DNA from: an uncultured Enterobacteriaceae bacterium
Lineage (GTDB): Bacteria > Pseudomonadota > Gammaproteobacteria > Ga0077536
DNA length: 59,979 bases
Reading direction: 5' to 3'
Assembly: GCA_964523765.1 (NCBI GenBank)
Contig: CAZFZX010000006.1
Coordinates: forward strand, 1 to 59,979
The notes below the pieces were generated by a model. The model did no database searches, was not told the DNA's origin, and worked only from the letters and a program-made list of their open reading frames with translations. Of the stretch, positions 27,909 to 37,580 are shown one piece after another. The translations under genes were made by a program, and so were the position numbers. The first letter of the stretch is position 1, and each line of letters opens with the position of its first letter.

Positions 27909-30056
27909 ATGGCTGCAAGAAAACGGATAACCCAGGGGAAGAAGAACTGGATCGCTCTGGACGCGGGCGGCACGCTCACCGATGCGGTCATCGTCGACGC
28001 CAAGGGTCAATTTCTGGTCGGTAAACACCTGACCAACAAGCAGGATGAGTCCGTCAGCTTTCTCGGAGCCATCCGCGACGGCGCCGCGACCGACAACCGC
28101 GACCTCGACAACACGCTCGGGAACAGCGACGTCATCGTCTATGCCGGTACCATCATGCTCAACACGCTGCTGAGCAAAACGGGTGCCAAGGTGGGGCTGA
28201 TGGTGACGCAGGGGTTCGAGGACTACCTCCTAATGGAGAAGGGCGAAGGTGGGTGGATCAGTTACCCCTATACCGATCGCTTGCACACCGTCACCCATCA
28301 CCACGAAGATCCGGCTATCCCGCGCGAACGGATCGTCGGGATCCAGGGGCGGTTGGATATGTTCGGCGGCGAAGTGATCAAATTGCGCAAGCAAGACGTT
28401 GAGGAGCAGACAGTCAAACTCCTCGATGCCGGTGCAGAATCGATCGCCGTGATGTTCTTGTTCTCGCACATGAATCCCGAGCACGAACAAGAGGCGGCGA
28501 AGATTATCCGCCGCATCGACAAGAAGATCCCCATCGTGTTGTCATCCGAGATCGCGCCGACGCACAAAGAATACACGCGACTCGCCAGCGTCGTGGCCCA
28601 GGCCTACGCCGGCGAACGCGCCCGCGAACACTTTCAGCAGGTCGAACACAAAGCCCGCGTTCACGGTTTCGATAAGGAAGTCTCAACGCTGCTCGCGCAC
28701 GGCGGAACGGTCCCCATCAGCACGAAACGCCTATACGAGTCTTACGTCTCGGGACCGGTAGGCGGCGTGCTCGGCGGTCACTACATCGGCGATATCCTCG
28801 GCTCCGGCAATGTGGTTGGCTGCGATATCGGTGGCACCAGCTTCGATGTCGGTATCATCCGCGACGGCCTGATCCCGATCGTGCGGGAGCCGACGTTGCT
28901 GAGTTTCCGCACTAATATTCCTATGATCCACAGCGAATCGATCGGCGCCGGCATGGGCTCGGAACTCGGCGTCCATCCGCTCACCGGCAAACTGACGGTG
29001 GGACCGAAAAGCGCTGGCTCCGATGTCGGACGCTGCCTCAACTGGGACGTGCCGACGATCACGGACTGCCACATCCTGCTCGGCTACCTCAACCCGGGAA
29101 ATTTCCTCGGCGGCGATGTGCAACTCGATCTCGACGCGGCCGTGAAAGCGCTGAAACCTATGGCGAAACATTTCAATACGGAAATCTACGAGTTCGCCGA
29201 GCGTGCGCATCTGCTGGTGTGCGATTACATGCGCGAATTCCTGGTCAATATGTTGCGCGGGCGTGGCTACAACACCAGGGACTATACCTTGATGATGTAT
29301 GGCGGCGGGGGGCCCCTGGGTCTCGCCGATGTGGTCTCGGGACTGGAGATGAAAGATGTCGTGAGCTTTCCGTTCGCCGCTGTTTTCTCGGCATTCGGCG
29401 TTTTATGCGCGCCGCGCCGCTACCGCTACCATCAGAGTATCGTCGCCGGTTGTCCGCCTGGGGACGAATCACACGTGCGGCAGGTCAAGGCGCTCGCCGT
29501 CGACGCCATCAACGAAACTTGGGCCAAGCTCGAAGTTCGTGCCGAGGCCGATTTCAAGCTGCACGGCTGGGACTTCGGCAAGGCTACGCTTTCGCGGGTC
29601 GCCTACGTTCGCTTTACCAATCAGCTGTCGGATTTCGAAGTGGTCTGGCCGAAGGCGACGTTATCCTCGATCGACGACCTCGATGAGCTGATGCGGCGCT
29701 TTGAAAAAGTCTACACGACGATCTATCCGGAGCAGGCGATGTATTCGGAAGTCGGCTTTCAAATCCTCGAAGTCGCGCTCACCGCCGACGTCGCAACCCC
29801 GAAACCGGCGCTGCCGGAAATGAAGATGTCGCGGCGTAAACCCGATTCCGCGGCCGAGAAAGAGGCACGCCCGGTATACTTTCGCGGTAAGCGCAAGGAA
29901 TTTCGCGTCTACGAGATGGACGAGCTCAAGGCCGGCAACGTGGTTAACGGCCCAGCTGTGATCGAGCATCCGGCGACCACCCTGTACATCCCACCAGATA
30001 ACCACGCGGCGTTCGACAAGCGCCGCATCATCCACTACCGCCAGGGTACGAAATAA
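27909..30056 (+). CDS. hydantoinase A/oxoprolinase-family subunit; acetone-carboxylase beta-subunit-like
   Basis: ATG 27909 follows GGGAGGG. WIALDAGGTLTDAV...GCDIGGTSFDVG (ASKHA ATPase motifs). At about 715 aa it matches the size of the acetone carboxylase beta subunit. It is first of three co-oriented genes. Confidence 0.8.
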   Translation: MAARKRITQGKKNWIALDAGGTLTDAVIVDAKGQFLVGKHLTNKQDESVSFLGAIRDGAATDNRDLDNTLGNSDVIVYAGTIMLNTLLSKTGAKVGLMVTQGFEDYLLMEKGEGGWISYPYTDRLHTVTHHHEDPAIPRERIVGIQGRLDMFGGEVIKLRKQDVEEQTVKLLDAGAESIAVMFLFSHMNPEHEQEAAKIIRRIDKKIPIVLSSEIAPTHKEYTRLASVVAQAYAGERAREHFQQVEHKARVHGFDKEVSTLLAHGGTVPISTKRLYESYVSGPVGGVLGGHYIGDILGSGNVVGCDIGGTSFDVGIIRDGLIPIVREPTLLSFRTNIPMIHSESIGAGMGSELGVHPLTGKLTVGPKSAGSDVGRCLNWDVPTITDCHILLGYLNPGNFLGGDVQLDLDAAVKALKPMAKHFNTEIYEFAERAHLLVCDYMREFLVNMLRGRGYNTRDYTLMMYGGGGPLGLADVVSGLEMKDVVSFPFAAVFSAFGVLCAPRRYRYHQSIVAGCPPGDESHVRQVKALAVDAINETWAKLEVRAEADFKLHGWDFGKATLSRVAYVRFTNQLSDFEVVWPKATLSSIDDLDELMRRFEKVYTTIYPEQAMYSEVGFQILEVALTADVATPKPALPEMKMSRRKPDSAAEKEARPVYFRGKRKEFRVYEMDELKAGNVVNGPAVIEHPATTLYIPPDNHAAFDKRRIIHYRQGTK

Positions 30057-30082
30057 CGGACGACCATCGGGAACTTTGAATC

Positions 30083-32314
30083 ATGACTAAGAACCAGACA
30101 TTGTTGCAAAAACTGGACGCCTCGGAGCAACTGTACGAGAAAACGGGGCATTACCAGGGCCTGAAGAAGTTACCGGTGCACGACAAGGACCCATTGAAGT
30201 TCGAAGCGTTTCACTCGCGCATCCTGTCGACCATCATCTCCGTGCGCGAGACCATGAAGCACATCGCTTCGTCGCCGGCGATCCGCGACTTCGAGGAGTT
30301 CGTGATCGGTCTCTATACTCCGGAAGGGGACGCGATTGCCCTATCGACCGGCATCATGGTGCACGTACACACCACCTCGGAATTCATCAAGTTCATGATC
30401 CGCAACGGCTACGAAGACGACCCCAAGATCCGCGAGGGTGATATCTTCGAGAACAACGAATCCTGGGCCGGCGGCGTCCACACCCCGGACGTGATGACCA
30501 CTACCCCGTTTTTCTACAAAGGGGAGTTGATTTCCTGGATCGGATCGGTATCGCATGAACTCGAAGCCGGGACCTACGAAGGTCCGGGTATGTCTGTATT
30601 TGCTCCGGACCGCTTCGGTGAAGGCCTGCACATCAGCGCCGAGAAGGTCGGCGAGAACGACCACTTCCGCAAGGACTACCTGTTGCGGCTCAAGATGAAT
30701 CTCCGCAATTCGAACTGGTGGACGCTGGATGACAAGGCCAAGCTGTCGGGCTGTCTCATGATCCGCGAGGCGCTGACCAAGGTGATCGAGGAGTTCGGGA
30801 TCGACTACTACAAGCAGGCGATCCGCGAACTGATCGAGGAAGGCCGGATCAACTTCATCAAGCGCGTCAAGACGACGATGGTGCCCGGTGTCTACCGCGG
30901 GCTAACCATGCCGGTGCACAAGCGATCGCACATCCCCGCGACGCACCCGCTCGCTAAGAACGATTTTATCGATCTGGTACGCAACGATATGGAGGTCACC
31001 GCCGAGGGACATATCGAACTTGATTTCGAGGGCTCGACGGGCTGGAGCTTCCACCCGTTTAACTGCGCCGTCGGCCCGATGAACGGCGGTTTCTGGATCA
31101 CGCTGACCCAACTCCTGAACTATGACGGTCGGGTCAACGATGGCGCTTATCTCGCGGTGAAGCAATATCTGCCCGAGGGTTCTATCGTCAACGCGAACTA
31201 CGCGGGGGCCGCTACGTCACTCGCCTGGTGGACCTTGATCCCGATCTTCGCGAACGTCTGGCGCCTGATCGGAATCAGCTGGTTCGCCCGCGGTTTTGTA
31301 GAAGAGATCATCATGTCGACGCCGACTTGCATCGCCGGCGTCTCGGGCTTCGATCAGTATGGCCAACCGACCGGCTACCAGAACTTCGAAATGGCCGCGG
31401 AGAGTTTTGGCGCCCGCGGCGTCGATGACGGCATGGACTGCGGCAGTCCGATCTGGAACTCCGAGGGCATGCAGGGCGATGCCGAAGTCTGGGAGATGAC
31501 CGGTCCGAACGTCTATATCGGCCGCAGTTTTACCCCGAATCACCACGGGCCGGGCCGCTTCCGCGGTGGTAATGCCTGGGAGTCCCTATGGGTAGTGCGC
31601 GGATCGCGCCTGGTCAACGTCACGTTGTCGTCTTCCGGCGCGCATAACGGCGGCGTGTTCCACAAAGGTCTCTTTGGCGGCTACCCCGCGCCGGGATGGA
31701 AATGCCTGTGGGCGCGCGGCGTCGACCTGCAGGCTATCGCGGACCGCGACGAGCGGATCCCGCGCAGTGTCAACGAGGCCGAAGAGATGTTGAAGGATGG
31801 GCGTCTCGAGGCAGAAGAATGGTATTGCGGCCCGCTCAACACCTGGTCGCCGAACCTTTCCGACGGCGACATCTTTGGCGTCATCTACACCAGCGGACCG
31901 GGCTACGGCGATCCGATCGAGCGCGATCGGGAAATGATCGAAAAGGATCTCGCCAACGGGCTGGTCACACCCGCATACGTACGCAAGGTTCACGGCTTCG
32001 CCAAGACGGAAGCCAAGACAGAAGAATTGCGGGCTAAGATCCGGCGACAGCGCCTCGATGAGTCGGTACCGGCGTCGCAATGGTGGCGCGAAGAACGCAA
32101 ACGCGCGCGTACCGGCGATGTCGGCAAGGTCGTTGCGGAAACGTTTGCCCGCTCCGCATCGTTATCGGAAAAGATTAAGGACGTCTATCTCGATTTCTGG
32201 CAATTGAAGAAGTTTCCCTACACCGATACCGGCACGACCGACTTCCGTACCACGGCACCGACGGGCTTCTACTATCCGAAGTCACCGCAGAAGCCCTACG
32301 TGAAAGGCGCTTGA
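30083..32314 (+). CDS. hydantoinase B/oxoprolinase-family subunit; acetone-carboxylase alpha-subunit-like
   Basis: 743 aa. GDIFENNESWAGGVHTPDV...SWIGSVSHELEAG resembles the metal-site region of hydantoinase-B/AcxB-type proteins. Confidence 0.8.
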   Translation: MTKNQTLLQKLDASEQLYEKTGHYQGLKKLPVHDKDPLKFEAFHSRILSTIISVRETMKHIASSPAIRDFEEFVIGLYTPEGDAIALSTGIMVHVHTTSEFIKFMIRNGYEDDPKIREGDIFENNESWAGGVHTPDVMTTTPFFYKGELISWIGSVSHELEAGTYEGPGMSVFAPDRFGEGLHISAEKVGENDHFRKDYLLRLKMNLRNSNWWTLDDKAKLSGCLMIREALTKVIEEFGIDYYKQAIRELIEEGRINFIKRVKTTMVPGVYRGLTMPVHKRSHIPATHPLAKNDFIDLVRNDMEVTAEGHIELDFEGSTGWSFHPFNCAVGPMNGGFWITLTQLLNYDGRVNDGAYLAVKQYLPEGSIVNANYAGAATSLAWWTLIPIFANVWRLIGISWFARGFVEEIIMSTPTCIAGVSGFDQYGQPTGYQNFEMAAESFGARGVDDGMDCGSPIWNSEGMQGDAEVWEMTGPNVYIGRSFTPNHHGPGRFRGGNAWESLWVVRGSRLVNVTLSSSGAHNGGVFHKGLFGGYPAPGWKCLWARGVDLQAIADRDERIPRSVNEAEEMLKDGRLEAEEWYCGPLNTWSPNLSDGDIFGVIYTSGPGYGDPIERDREMIEKDLANGLVTPAYVRKVHGFAKTEAKTEELRAKIRRQRLDESVPASQWWREERKRARTGDVGKVVAETFARSASLSEKIKDVYLDFWQLKKFPYTDTGTTDFRTTAPTGFYYPKSPQKPYVKGA

Positions 32315-32325
32315 GGAGAATTAGC

Positions 32326-32835
32326 ATGGCAGACGATACATTGAGCAGTCAGGAAGTCACCAACGCTTTGATGAACCGCGATCTGGCGTGGCCGGAACTC
32401 GTCAAACTCATGCGTGAACCGAAATCGGAAAACCGCTTCGACGAGATGATCGCCGCCGTCCAAGCCATGGTCCCGTGGAAAGAAAAGATCCTGCTGCCGC
32501 TCGGTGAGAATTTATTCATCGTCGCGAAAAAGGGTAAGGCGATCATCAAGACTATGGGCGGCGCGGAACTCTGTGCCTGGAATGAGAACTGGAAGATGAA
32601 GTGTCGGGTACGGATCCGAAAGACGAAGGCCGAGTTGAACAAGATCTTCCCGCCCGAGCATATGACGATAGACCCCAACCTCGTCGAACTGCGCGAATGG
32701 ATCTGCCCGAAGAGCGGTGCGTTGCTGGACGTCGACTGCGTACCGCCAACCTATCCGGTGGAGGTCGATTTTACGCCGGATCTGGAAGCTTTCTATACCG
32801 AGTGGTTGGGGCGGAAACTGCCGGTACGCTTATAA
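32326..32835 (+). CDS. acetone-carboxylase gamma-subunit-family protein
   Basis: ATG 32326 follows GAGGAG. ~169 aa; ...LVELREWICPKSGALLDVDCVPPTYPVEVDFTPDLEAFY matches my recollection of the small gamma subunit that accompanies AcxAB-type carboxylases. Confidence 0.65.
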   Translation: MADDTLSSQEVTNALMNRDLAWPELVKLMREPKSENRFDEMIAAVQAMVPWKEKILLPLGENLFIVAKKGKAIIKTMGGAELCAWNENWKMKCRVRIRKTKAELNKIFPPEHMTIDPNLVELREWICPKSGALLDVDCVPPTYPVEVDFTPDLEAFYTEWLGRKLPVRL

Positions 32836-33316
32836 ACGCAATTGCAGTTCGGATGATGGCGGGGAGGCCGGACGAGGCGTCGATGAGGCAAACAGTACGA
32901 GAAATATCGACTACACTGTAAGTATACGCTTCCCGCGGCGAGTGCGGCGGGAAAAGGAGAAGCGCGAAGCCGGTGGGACGTGCGTAATAGGAGCGCTGTT
33001 CCGGGCTAGCATAAGCCCAACCGCCTCTACATGGCAGGTTGCCTGACACGGCCGCTAGGTGACGAACATCGCCTTCGCGAATGCGCCAAAGAAGGACAAA
33101 TAAACCCCGCCGGGGCACGGTGGCTTTTCGCTGATTGCCGGATCTCGCCCGGTGCGACGATCGTCCTACCATTCCGCCGCGCGGGGCCAGTCAGAGTAGA
33201 TCCGCTTCCGGCGAAGCCGGCGGCCTTCAGGATCATCTGGTCGCGGCTGCGACCATCACCTTAGCGAATGCACCGAACAAATACGTGCAAACCGCGTTAA
33301 AACAACCCTTCGAAAC

Positions 33317-33748
33317 TCACTGCTGTATCGATCGCAGATAGATGATCATCTCGAGGACGCGCCCGCGCAGCGCGGTTTCGGAAGCGACGCTGGAACCCTT
33401 CCATTCACCGCCCCAGATCGGCATCTCTTTCGACCCGTGAGCGCCACCGAGGGTCGTTCGCCCGTCGATCGTCTCGAAAATGCGGTCGAATGGGAACGTA
33501 CCACCCGCGTTCTCAGTCAAGACGGTTAAATCGGCAGGCTGTTTCGTCAACATTTTGGCAAACGGCCCGGCCCCTTTCGCGTCGACGCCATGACAGACCG
33601 CGCAGTAATCGCCGAAACGACGCTTGCCGGCCGCCTCGACTCCTTCGTCCGCCGAGGCGATCCCGGCGAACACGAGGACGGAGCAGGACAATGCGACGCC
33701 TAAGGCGCCGTGAAAACTCAAGATACCTTGCGGCGACATTTTCTTCAC
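33317..33748 (-). CDS. c-type monohaem cytochrome, secreted
   Basis: CAVCH haem-binding motif and a signal-like N-terminus (KKMSPQGILSFHGALGVALSCSVLVFAGIASA). The start is GTG 33748, ATG 33739 or ATG 33763. Confidence 0.7.
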   Translation of the reverse strand: MKKMSPQGILSFHGALGVALSCSVLVFAGIASADEGVEAAGKRRFGDYCAVCHGVDAKGAGPFAKMLTKQPADLTVLTENAGGTFPFDRIFETIDGRTTLGGAHGSKEMPIWGGEWKGSSVASETALRGRVLEMIIYLRSIQQ

Positions 33749-33928
33749 GGTTCTTTCCCTCATCGTTACGCTTGAACGATAACCGCACGACACGGCGGCT
33801 ATCGTGCGAAGGTTACACAAAGGAAAGCGCGGCAATGCTGACGCGGGTCAGAAACGGGCCATCGGAAAACGCGGGCGCCGCGCGGGGGGAGCCGGTCGAC
33901 TTCAGCAGGCCGGGAGCACGGCCGACTT

Positions 33929-34681
33929 TCAGGCTAGATTTCTTGCGGCCGCCGGGCTATGAACGATTTCCGACAAGCGAATGCGGTCGATGATTCGCAC
34001 TTGCTTGACGTTAACGGAGGCGACACCGGCATCGTGGAATCGCCGCAACGTCCGGCTGACGGTTTCCGGCGCGAGGCCGAGATAGCTGCCGATGTCGTAG
34101 CGCGACATCGGCAAATATAAGGCGTTTGGATCTCGGCTCAGGTCATGCAGGCGCGTACTGAGTTCAATGATGAAATCCGCGACTCGCTGCTCCGCGCTGG
34201 TGTGGTCGAGCCGGGTCCGAGCATGGCGCTCCATGTGAATTCGATTTGTGATCTTCGATTCGAAATTATCCCGGATCTCCGGTCTGTCGCGGAATAACGC
34301 CGTAAGATCACTGACCGCGAGTGAGCAGTATGCGCTTCTCTCCAGGGTTACAACGGAGTCGTAGTAAACCGGTCGTTGCATCGCCCCAGCGCCGACGATA
34401 TCGGAGGGCAGCAGAAAGGCCGTCACCGATTCGCGGCCGTCGTCGTCGTCGACGATCGCTTTCGCCGACCCGGACCGCAGAAAATAATACGCGGTCATCG
34501 GCGCGCCTTGATTAAACAGATAAGTCCCGCGGGGAACCGGCGGCCGCGCTTTGACGATAGTAGAGAGCGTTTCAAGGACTTCCGCACCCAGATGACCGGG
34601 AAGGCAGAATCCGTGTAGCTGACAAGCCATGCAGATCTGCGCGGACGCGGAAAAGGGTCGATTCGATTCGTCGCTCTCCAT
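33929..34681 (-). CDS. fnr: Crp/Fnr-family regulator of the FNR/ANR type (N-terminal Cys cluster)
   Basis: CMACQLHGFC gives the C-x2-C-x5-C spacing of the FNR [4Fe-4S] ligands, and a fourth Cys lies in SAYCSL. It also has a cNMP-like beta-roll and a C-terminal HTH (IGSYLGLAPETVSRTLRRF). Confidence 0.75.
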   Translation of the reverse strand: MESDESNRPFSASAQICMACQLHGFCLPGHLGAEVLETLSTIVKARPPVPRGTYLFNQGAPMTAYYFLRSGSAKAIVDDDDGRESVTAFLLPSDIVGAGAMQRPVYYDSVVTLERSAYCSLAVSDLTALFRDRPEIRDNFESKITNRIHMERHARTRLDHTSAEQRVADFIIELSTRLHDLSRDPNALYLPMSRYDIGSYLGLAPETVSRTLRRFHDAGVASVNVKQVRIIDRIRLSEIVHSPAAARNLA

Positions 34682-34813
34682 GATTCGGCTCTAGTCGAAG
34701 TTCGCTCCGTGATCGAAGTTCCGTCGGCAGTTAGGCGATGTTCCCGCGGCGCCGTCACACCCGCCACGGGCTGCGCGAATCAGGACGCTTGAAGATTTCT
34801 GACCAACAACTTT

Positions 34814-34827
34814 TTGATTTTCATCTA
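34814..34827. promoter_or_regulatory. FNR/CRP-type box TTGAT-TTTC-ATCTA (9/10 match to TTGAT-N4-ATCAA)
   Basis: Read directly from the sequence, about 133 bp upstream of the fnr-like ATG. It could be an autoregulatory site. Confidence 0.35.
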
Positions 34828-35053
34828 ATTTACCTAGTTTCTGCCGATAATGCGACTGCCCGATACAGAACGCTGTTACTACGCCCGCGGGCGAACGCCT
34901 AGGCAGCGCGCCGTGTCACAGCACAGACCCCAAGTTTCCACCGGTTCGTCGCGCAATACGGCGATAGCGTTCCCGGTCAGCCTTTGAGTTCGACGTTGAA
35001 TGCGGACAGCTCGCATACGACCATCGGGTTCCGTTTCGTGCGCTAGCGGGGCT

Positions 35054-35392
35054 TCATTTCTCGGTGGGCAAGTCGGGCAGACCAAAGGGAGTCGCGTACT
35101 GTAACGCGAGCATATACATCAGACCGCCGTGCGGTTGATCGATTTTAGCCTCGAAATAGACGAAGTCGAAAATGTCGTCCGCGCGCTCGTCCTCTACCAT
35201 CACGGTCAAGATTTCTTTCTCGGACTGTTCCCCCAGACCGCGGTACTTCAGCGGCGTGATCTTTCCGATACCGCGCGCAGTGTTGATATTCGCTGTAACG
35301 ATACCCCAGCGTTCCTTGAGCGTTTCGAGAACACCCGGCGCGACCCCTTTGGGGACCACACACGTTATTAATTTGTGACCATCGCTCTTCAT
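35054..35392 (-). CDS. PII-like (GlnB-fold) small signalling protein, paralog 2
   Basis: 112 aa: KLITCVVPKGVAPGVLETLKERWGIVTANINTARGIGK...KEILTVMVEDERADDIFDFVYFEAKI, a beta-alpha-beta/loop/beta-alpha-beta pattern. ATGA overlap with the upstream gene (35389-35392). Confidence 0.65.
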   Translation of the reverse strand: MKSDGHKLITCVVPKGVAPGVLETLKERWGIVTANINTARGIGKITPLKYRGLGEQSEKEILTVMVEDERADDIFDFVYFEAKIDQPHGGLMYMLALQYATPFGLPDLPTEK

Positions 35393-35775
35393 TGGGCTTC
35401 GGCACCCTCGATTTGTTCGCCGAGTAGGCGTTCTGCGATTTCATGCGGCACGTGTGTCGCGGCCTTCTCCAGCGGGGTCACGTAGATGAAGCCCATCCCG
35501 GGCGTGTCGAGTTTACCGGCCTCGTACATGTACTCGAACACGCGATCGACTTGATCGGTGGCCACCACGATAGTGATGACTTCTTTCTCGACTTCCACCG
35601 TCAACCCGAGAACGCCGAGTCGTTCACGAACGCCGCTGCCTCTCGCGTAGTAGACCGTGGCGCCCTGGGCGCCGGCATCCTGCGCAGCGTCGACGATCGT
35701 ATCCGCCAAGCCTCGTTGGACGATGCAAGTAATGAGCGACACGTCCGTGAGGACGATAATGTCATGCTTTTTCAT
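35389..35775 (-). CDS. PII-like (GlnB-fold) small signalling protein, paralog 1
   Basis: Internal ATG 35775 of ORF 35389..36006. 128 aa: SLITCIVQRGLADTIVDAAQDAGAQGATVYYARGSGVRE...KEVITIVVATDQVDRVFEYMYEAGKL. ATGA overlap with the DUF1538 gene stop (35772-35775). Confidence 0.7.
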   Translation of the reverse strand: MKKHDIIVLTDVSLITCIVQRGLADTIVDAAQDAGAQGATVYYARGSGVRERLGVLGLTVEVEKEVITIVVATDQVDRVFEYMYEAGKLDTPGMGFIYVTPLEKAATHVPHEIAERLLGEQIEGAEAQ

Positions 35776-37541
35776 GTCGATCCTCCAACGGCCTGCTCCT
35801 CTTCCCAATGTTCGGCGCGCCTGCGCTTGGCAATCTTCCAACGCACCCACTGGCCGGTGGCGAGTACGGAAACGATGGGGCCGATCGACGCCATGGCCAA
35901 GATACCAAACCCGTCTGCCGCGCCCACCGCCCCGCCGAGCCCTAGGCCCATAGCGAGAACCAGCGGGACGGTAACAGGCCCGGTCGTGACCCCGGCGCTG
36001 TCCCACGCAATGTTTACGTACTCTTCGGTAGAGATCGCCGTGAGAACCACGGCAATCGTGTACCCGGGGATGATCAGGACGGCGATCGGCAGGCTAAAGA
36101 CGATTTTCAAAATGCCGAGCGCGATGCCGGTACCGACACCGACCGAAACCGCGTTGATCAACATCGATTTTCGAAAGGCGCCGTTGCTGAGGCTTTCCAC
36201 CGTCATACCGAGCGCGTTCAGCGCCGGCTCGGCCATGGTCGCGCCGAATCCCAAAACCCACGCGAACACGGCGGCGATCCCGATACCCAGGCCAACATCG
36301 TAAAGCGGTGAATCGGGGACCACTTCGATCGTCGTGAACGCGCTCGGTACGAGACCGCCGGACTGGCCGCCGAGTTTCGCCAGACCGTAGCTCAAACCGA
36401 CGTTGAATATGACCATGCCGACGACCGCGAGTGTAATGCCGTAGGCGATATTTGCGGGGTGACGGATCTTTTCGTGCAGCACGAACCGCATCACGAGGAA
36501 CAAGAACAACACCAGCGGCAGGATCGCTCGGGCGCCGCTAACGACCTCGAGCATGGGCGTGCGGGCATGCCAGGGGGCGCTTTCGGTTACCGCTGCAACG
36601 CTTGCGGCGGCGATGATACTGTCAACGTCTTCGACGCTGGCAACGAACAACGCGAGACCGTAAACGGCGAGGATCGGAAATAGCGACGCCAGGGTGACGA
36701 TGCCAAAACCCGACAACGAGGAGCGTCCGCGCCCAGCGGAAGTCGCCATACCGATCCCGAGCGCCAGCACCAGCGGAACCGTAACCGGCCCGGTGGTAAC
36801 GGCGCCGCAATCCCACGCCAGACCGAGCACGTGGCGCAACTCGGGGTCGGCAGCAAAATAGAAGGTCAGGCCGATCAGCGGCGCTAGGACCGCATAAATG
36901 AGCGGCTTCAAGCTCCATCCGTAAATGAAACGGAGTGTCCCCAGAACCGCCGCGAGACCCACGCCGATCCCTACGACCAATACCAGCCGACCGGACCAGT
37001 TATTCAACAGGGCGTACAAATACGGGGTCTTCTCTACGTTCACGATGGCCCCGGCCGCTTTGAGCGCGCCGATCGCCGGTTCGGCGAAAGTGACTCCGAT
37101 CCCCAGCAGGAAGGTGATCAGCAACACGGCCGGCAAGGGCGCCTTCGACGGCAGGATACTACCGATGGTTTCACCGAAGGGCATCAAACCGACTTTCAAA
37201 CCTTCCATGAACAACATCAAACCGATGATGACAGCGGCCAGGCCGCCGGTAATGATCCACGAATCGGTGACGTTCTGACGCAGGATCAGAAGTTGAAACA
37301 ACACGAGGTAGGCGGCGAGCGGAACGACCGCTTTGGCTTGATCCCGAAAGCGGACGCTTACGTAGGGTTGTACCAGCCGGTAAACGTCGAGCGAGCGGAG
37401 TTGGAGTTTCGCCTGCCGATGCGCCACGCGTTCGGCCTCGGACTCGATGCTCGGGGCGAGTACGCTATAGCTCAAATATCGTTGTTGGGTCGTGATCTCG
37501 CGGATGAAAGCACCGAAACGGACCTTGTGCTCTGTAGCCAT
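35772..37541 (-). CDS. DUF1538-family polytopic membrane protein (internally duplicated)
   Basis: 589 aa and highly hydrophobic. Two repeats carry near-identical motifs: AWDCGAVTTGPVTVPLVLALGIG (36750-36818) and AWDSAGVTTGPVTVPLVLAMGLG (35940-36008). FAEPAIGAL and MAEPALNAL also pair up. Confidence 0.8.
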   Translation of the reverse strand: MATEHKVRFGAFIREITTQQRYLSYSVLAPSIESEAERVAHRQAKLQLRSLDVYRLVQPYVSVRFRDQAKAVVPLAAYLVLFQLLILRQNVTDSWIITGGLAAVIIGLMLFMEGLKVGLMPFGETIGSILPSKAPLPAVLLITFLLGIGVTFAEPAIGALKAAGAIVNVEKTPYLYALLNNWSGRLVLVVGIGVGLAAVLGTLRFIYGWSLKPLIYAVLAPLIGLTFYFAADPELRHVLGLAWDCGAVTTGPVTVPLVLALGIGMATSAGRGRSSLSGFGIVTLASLFPILAVYGLALFVASVEDVDSIIAAASVAAVTESAPWHARTPMLEVVSGARAILPLVLFLFLVMRFVLHEKIRHPANIAYGITLAVVGMVIFNVGLSYGLAKLGGQSGGLVPSAFTTIEVVPDSPLYDVGLGIGIAAVFAWVLGFGATMAEPALNALGMTVESLSNGAFRKSMLINAVSVGVGTGIALGILKIVFSLPIAVLIIPGYTIAVVLTAISTEEYVNIAWDSAGVTTGPVTVPLVLAMGLGLGGAVGAADGFGILAMASIGPIVSVLATGQWVRWKIAKRRRAEHWEEEQAVGGST

Positions 37542-37580
37542 GGGCTCTTTATCCGGGCGGGTTCGGGGACGCGGCGCGGG

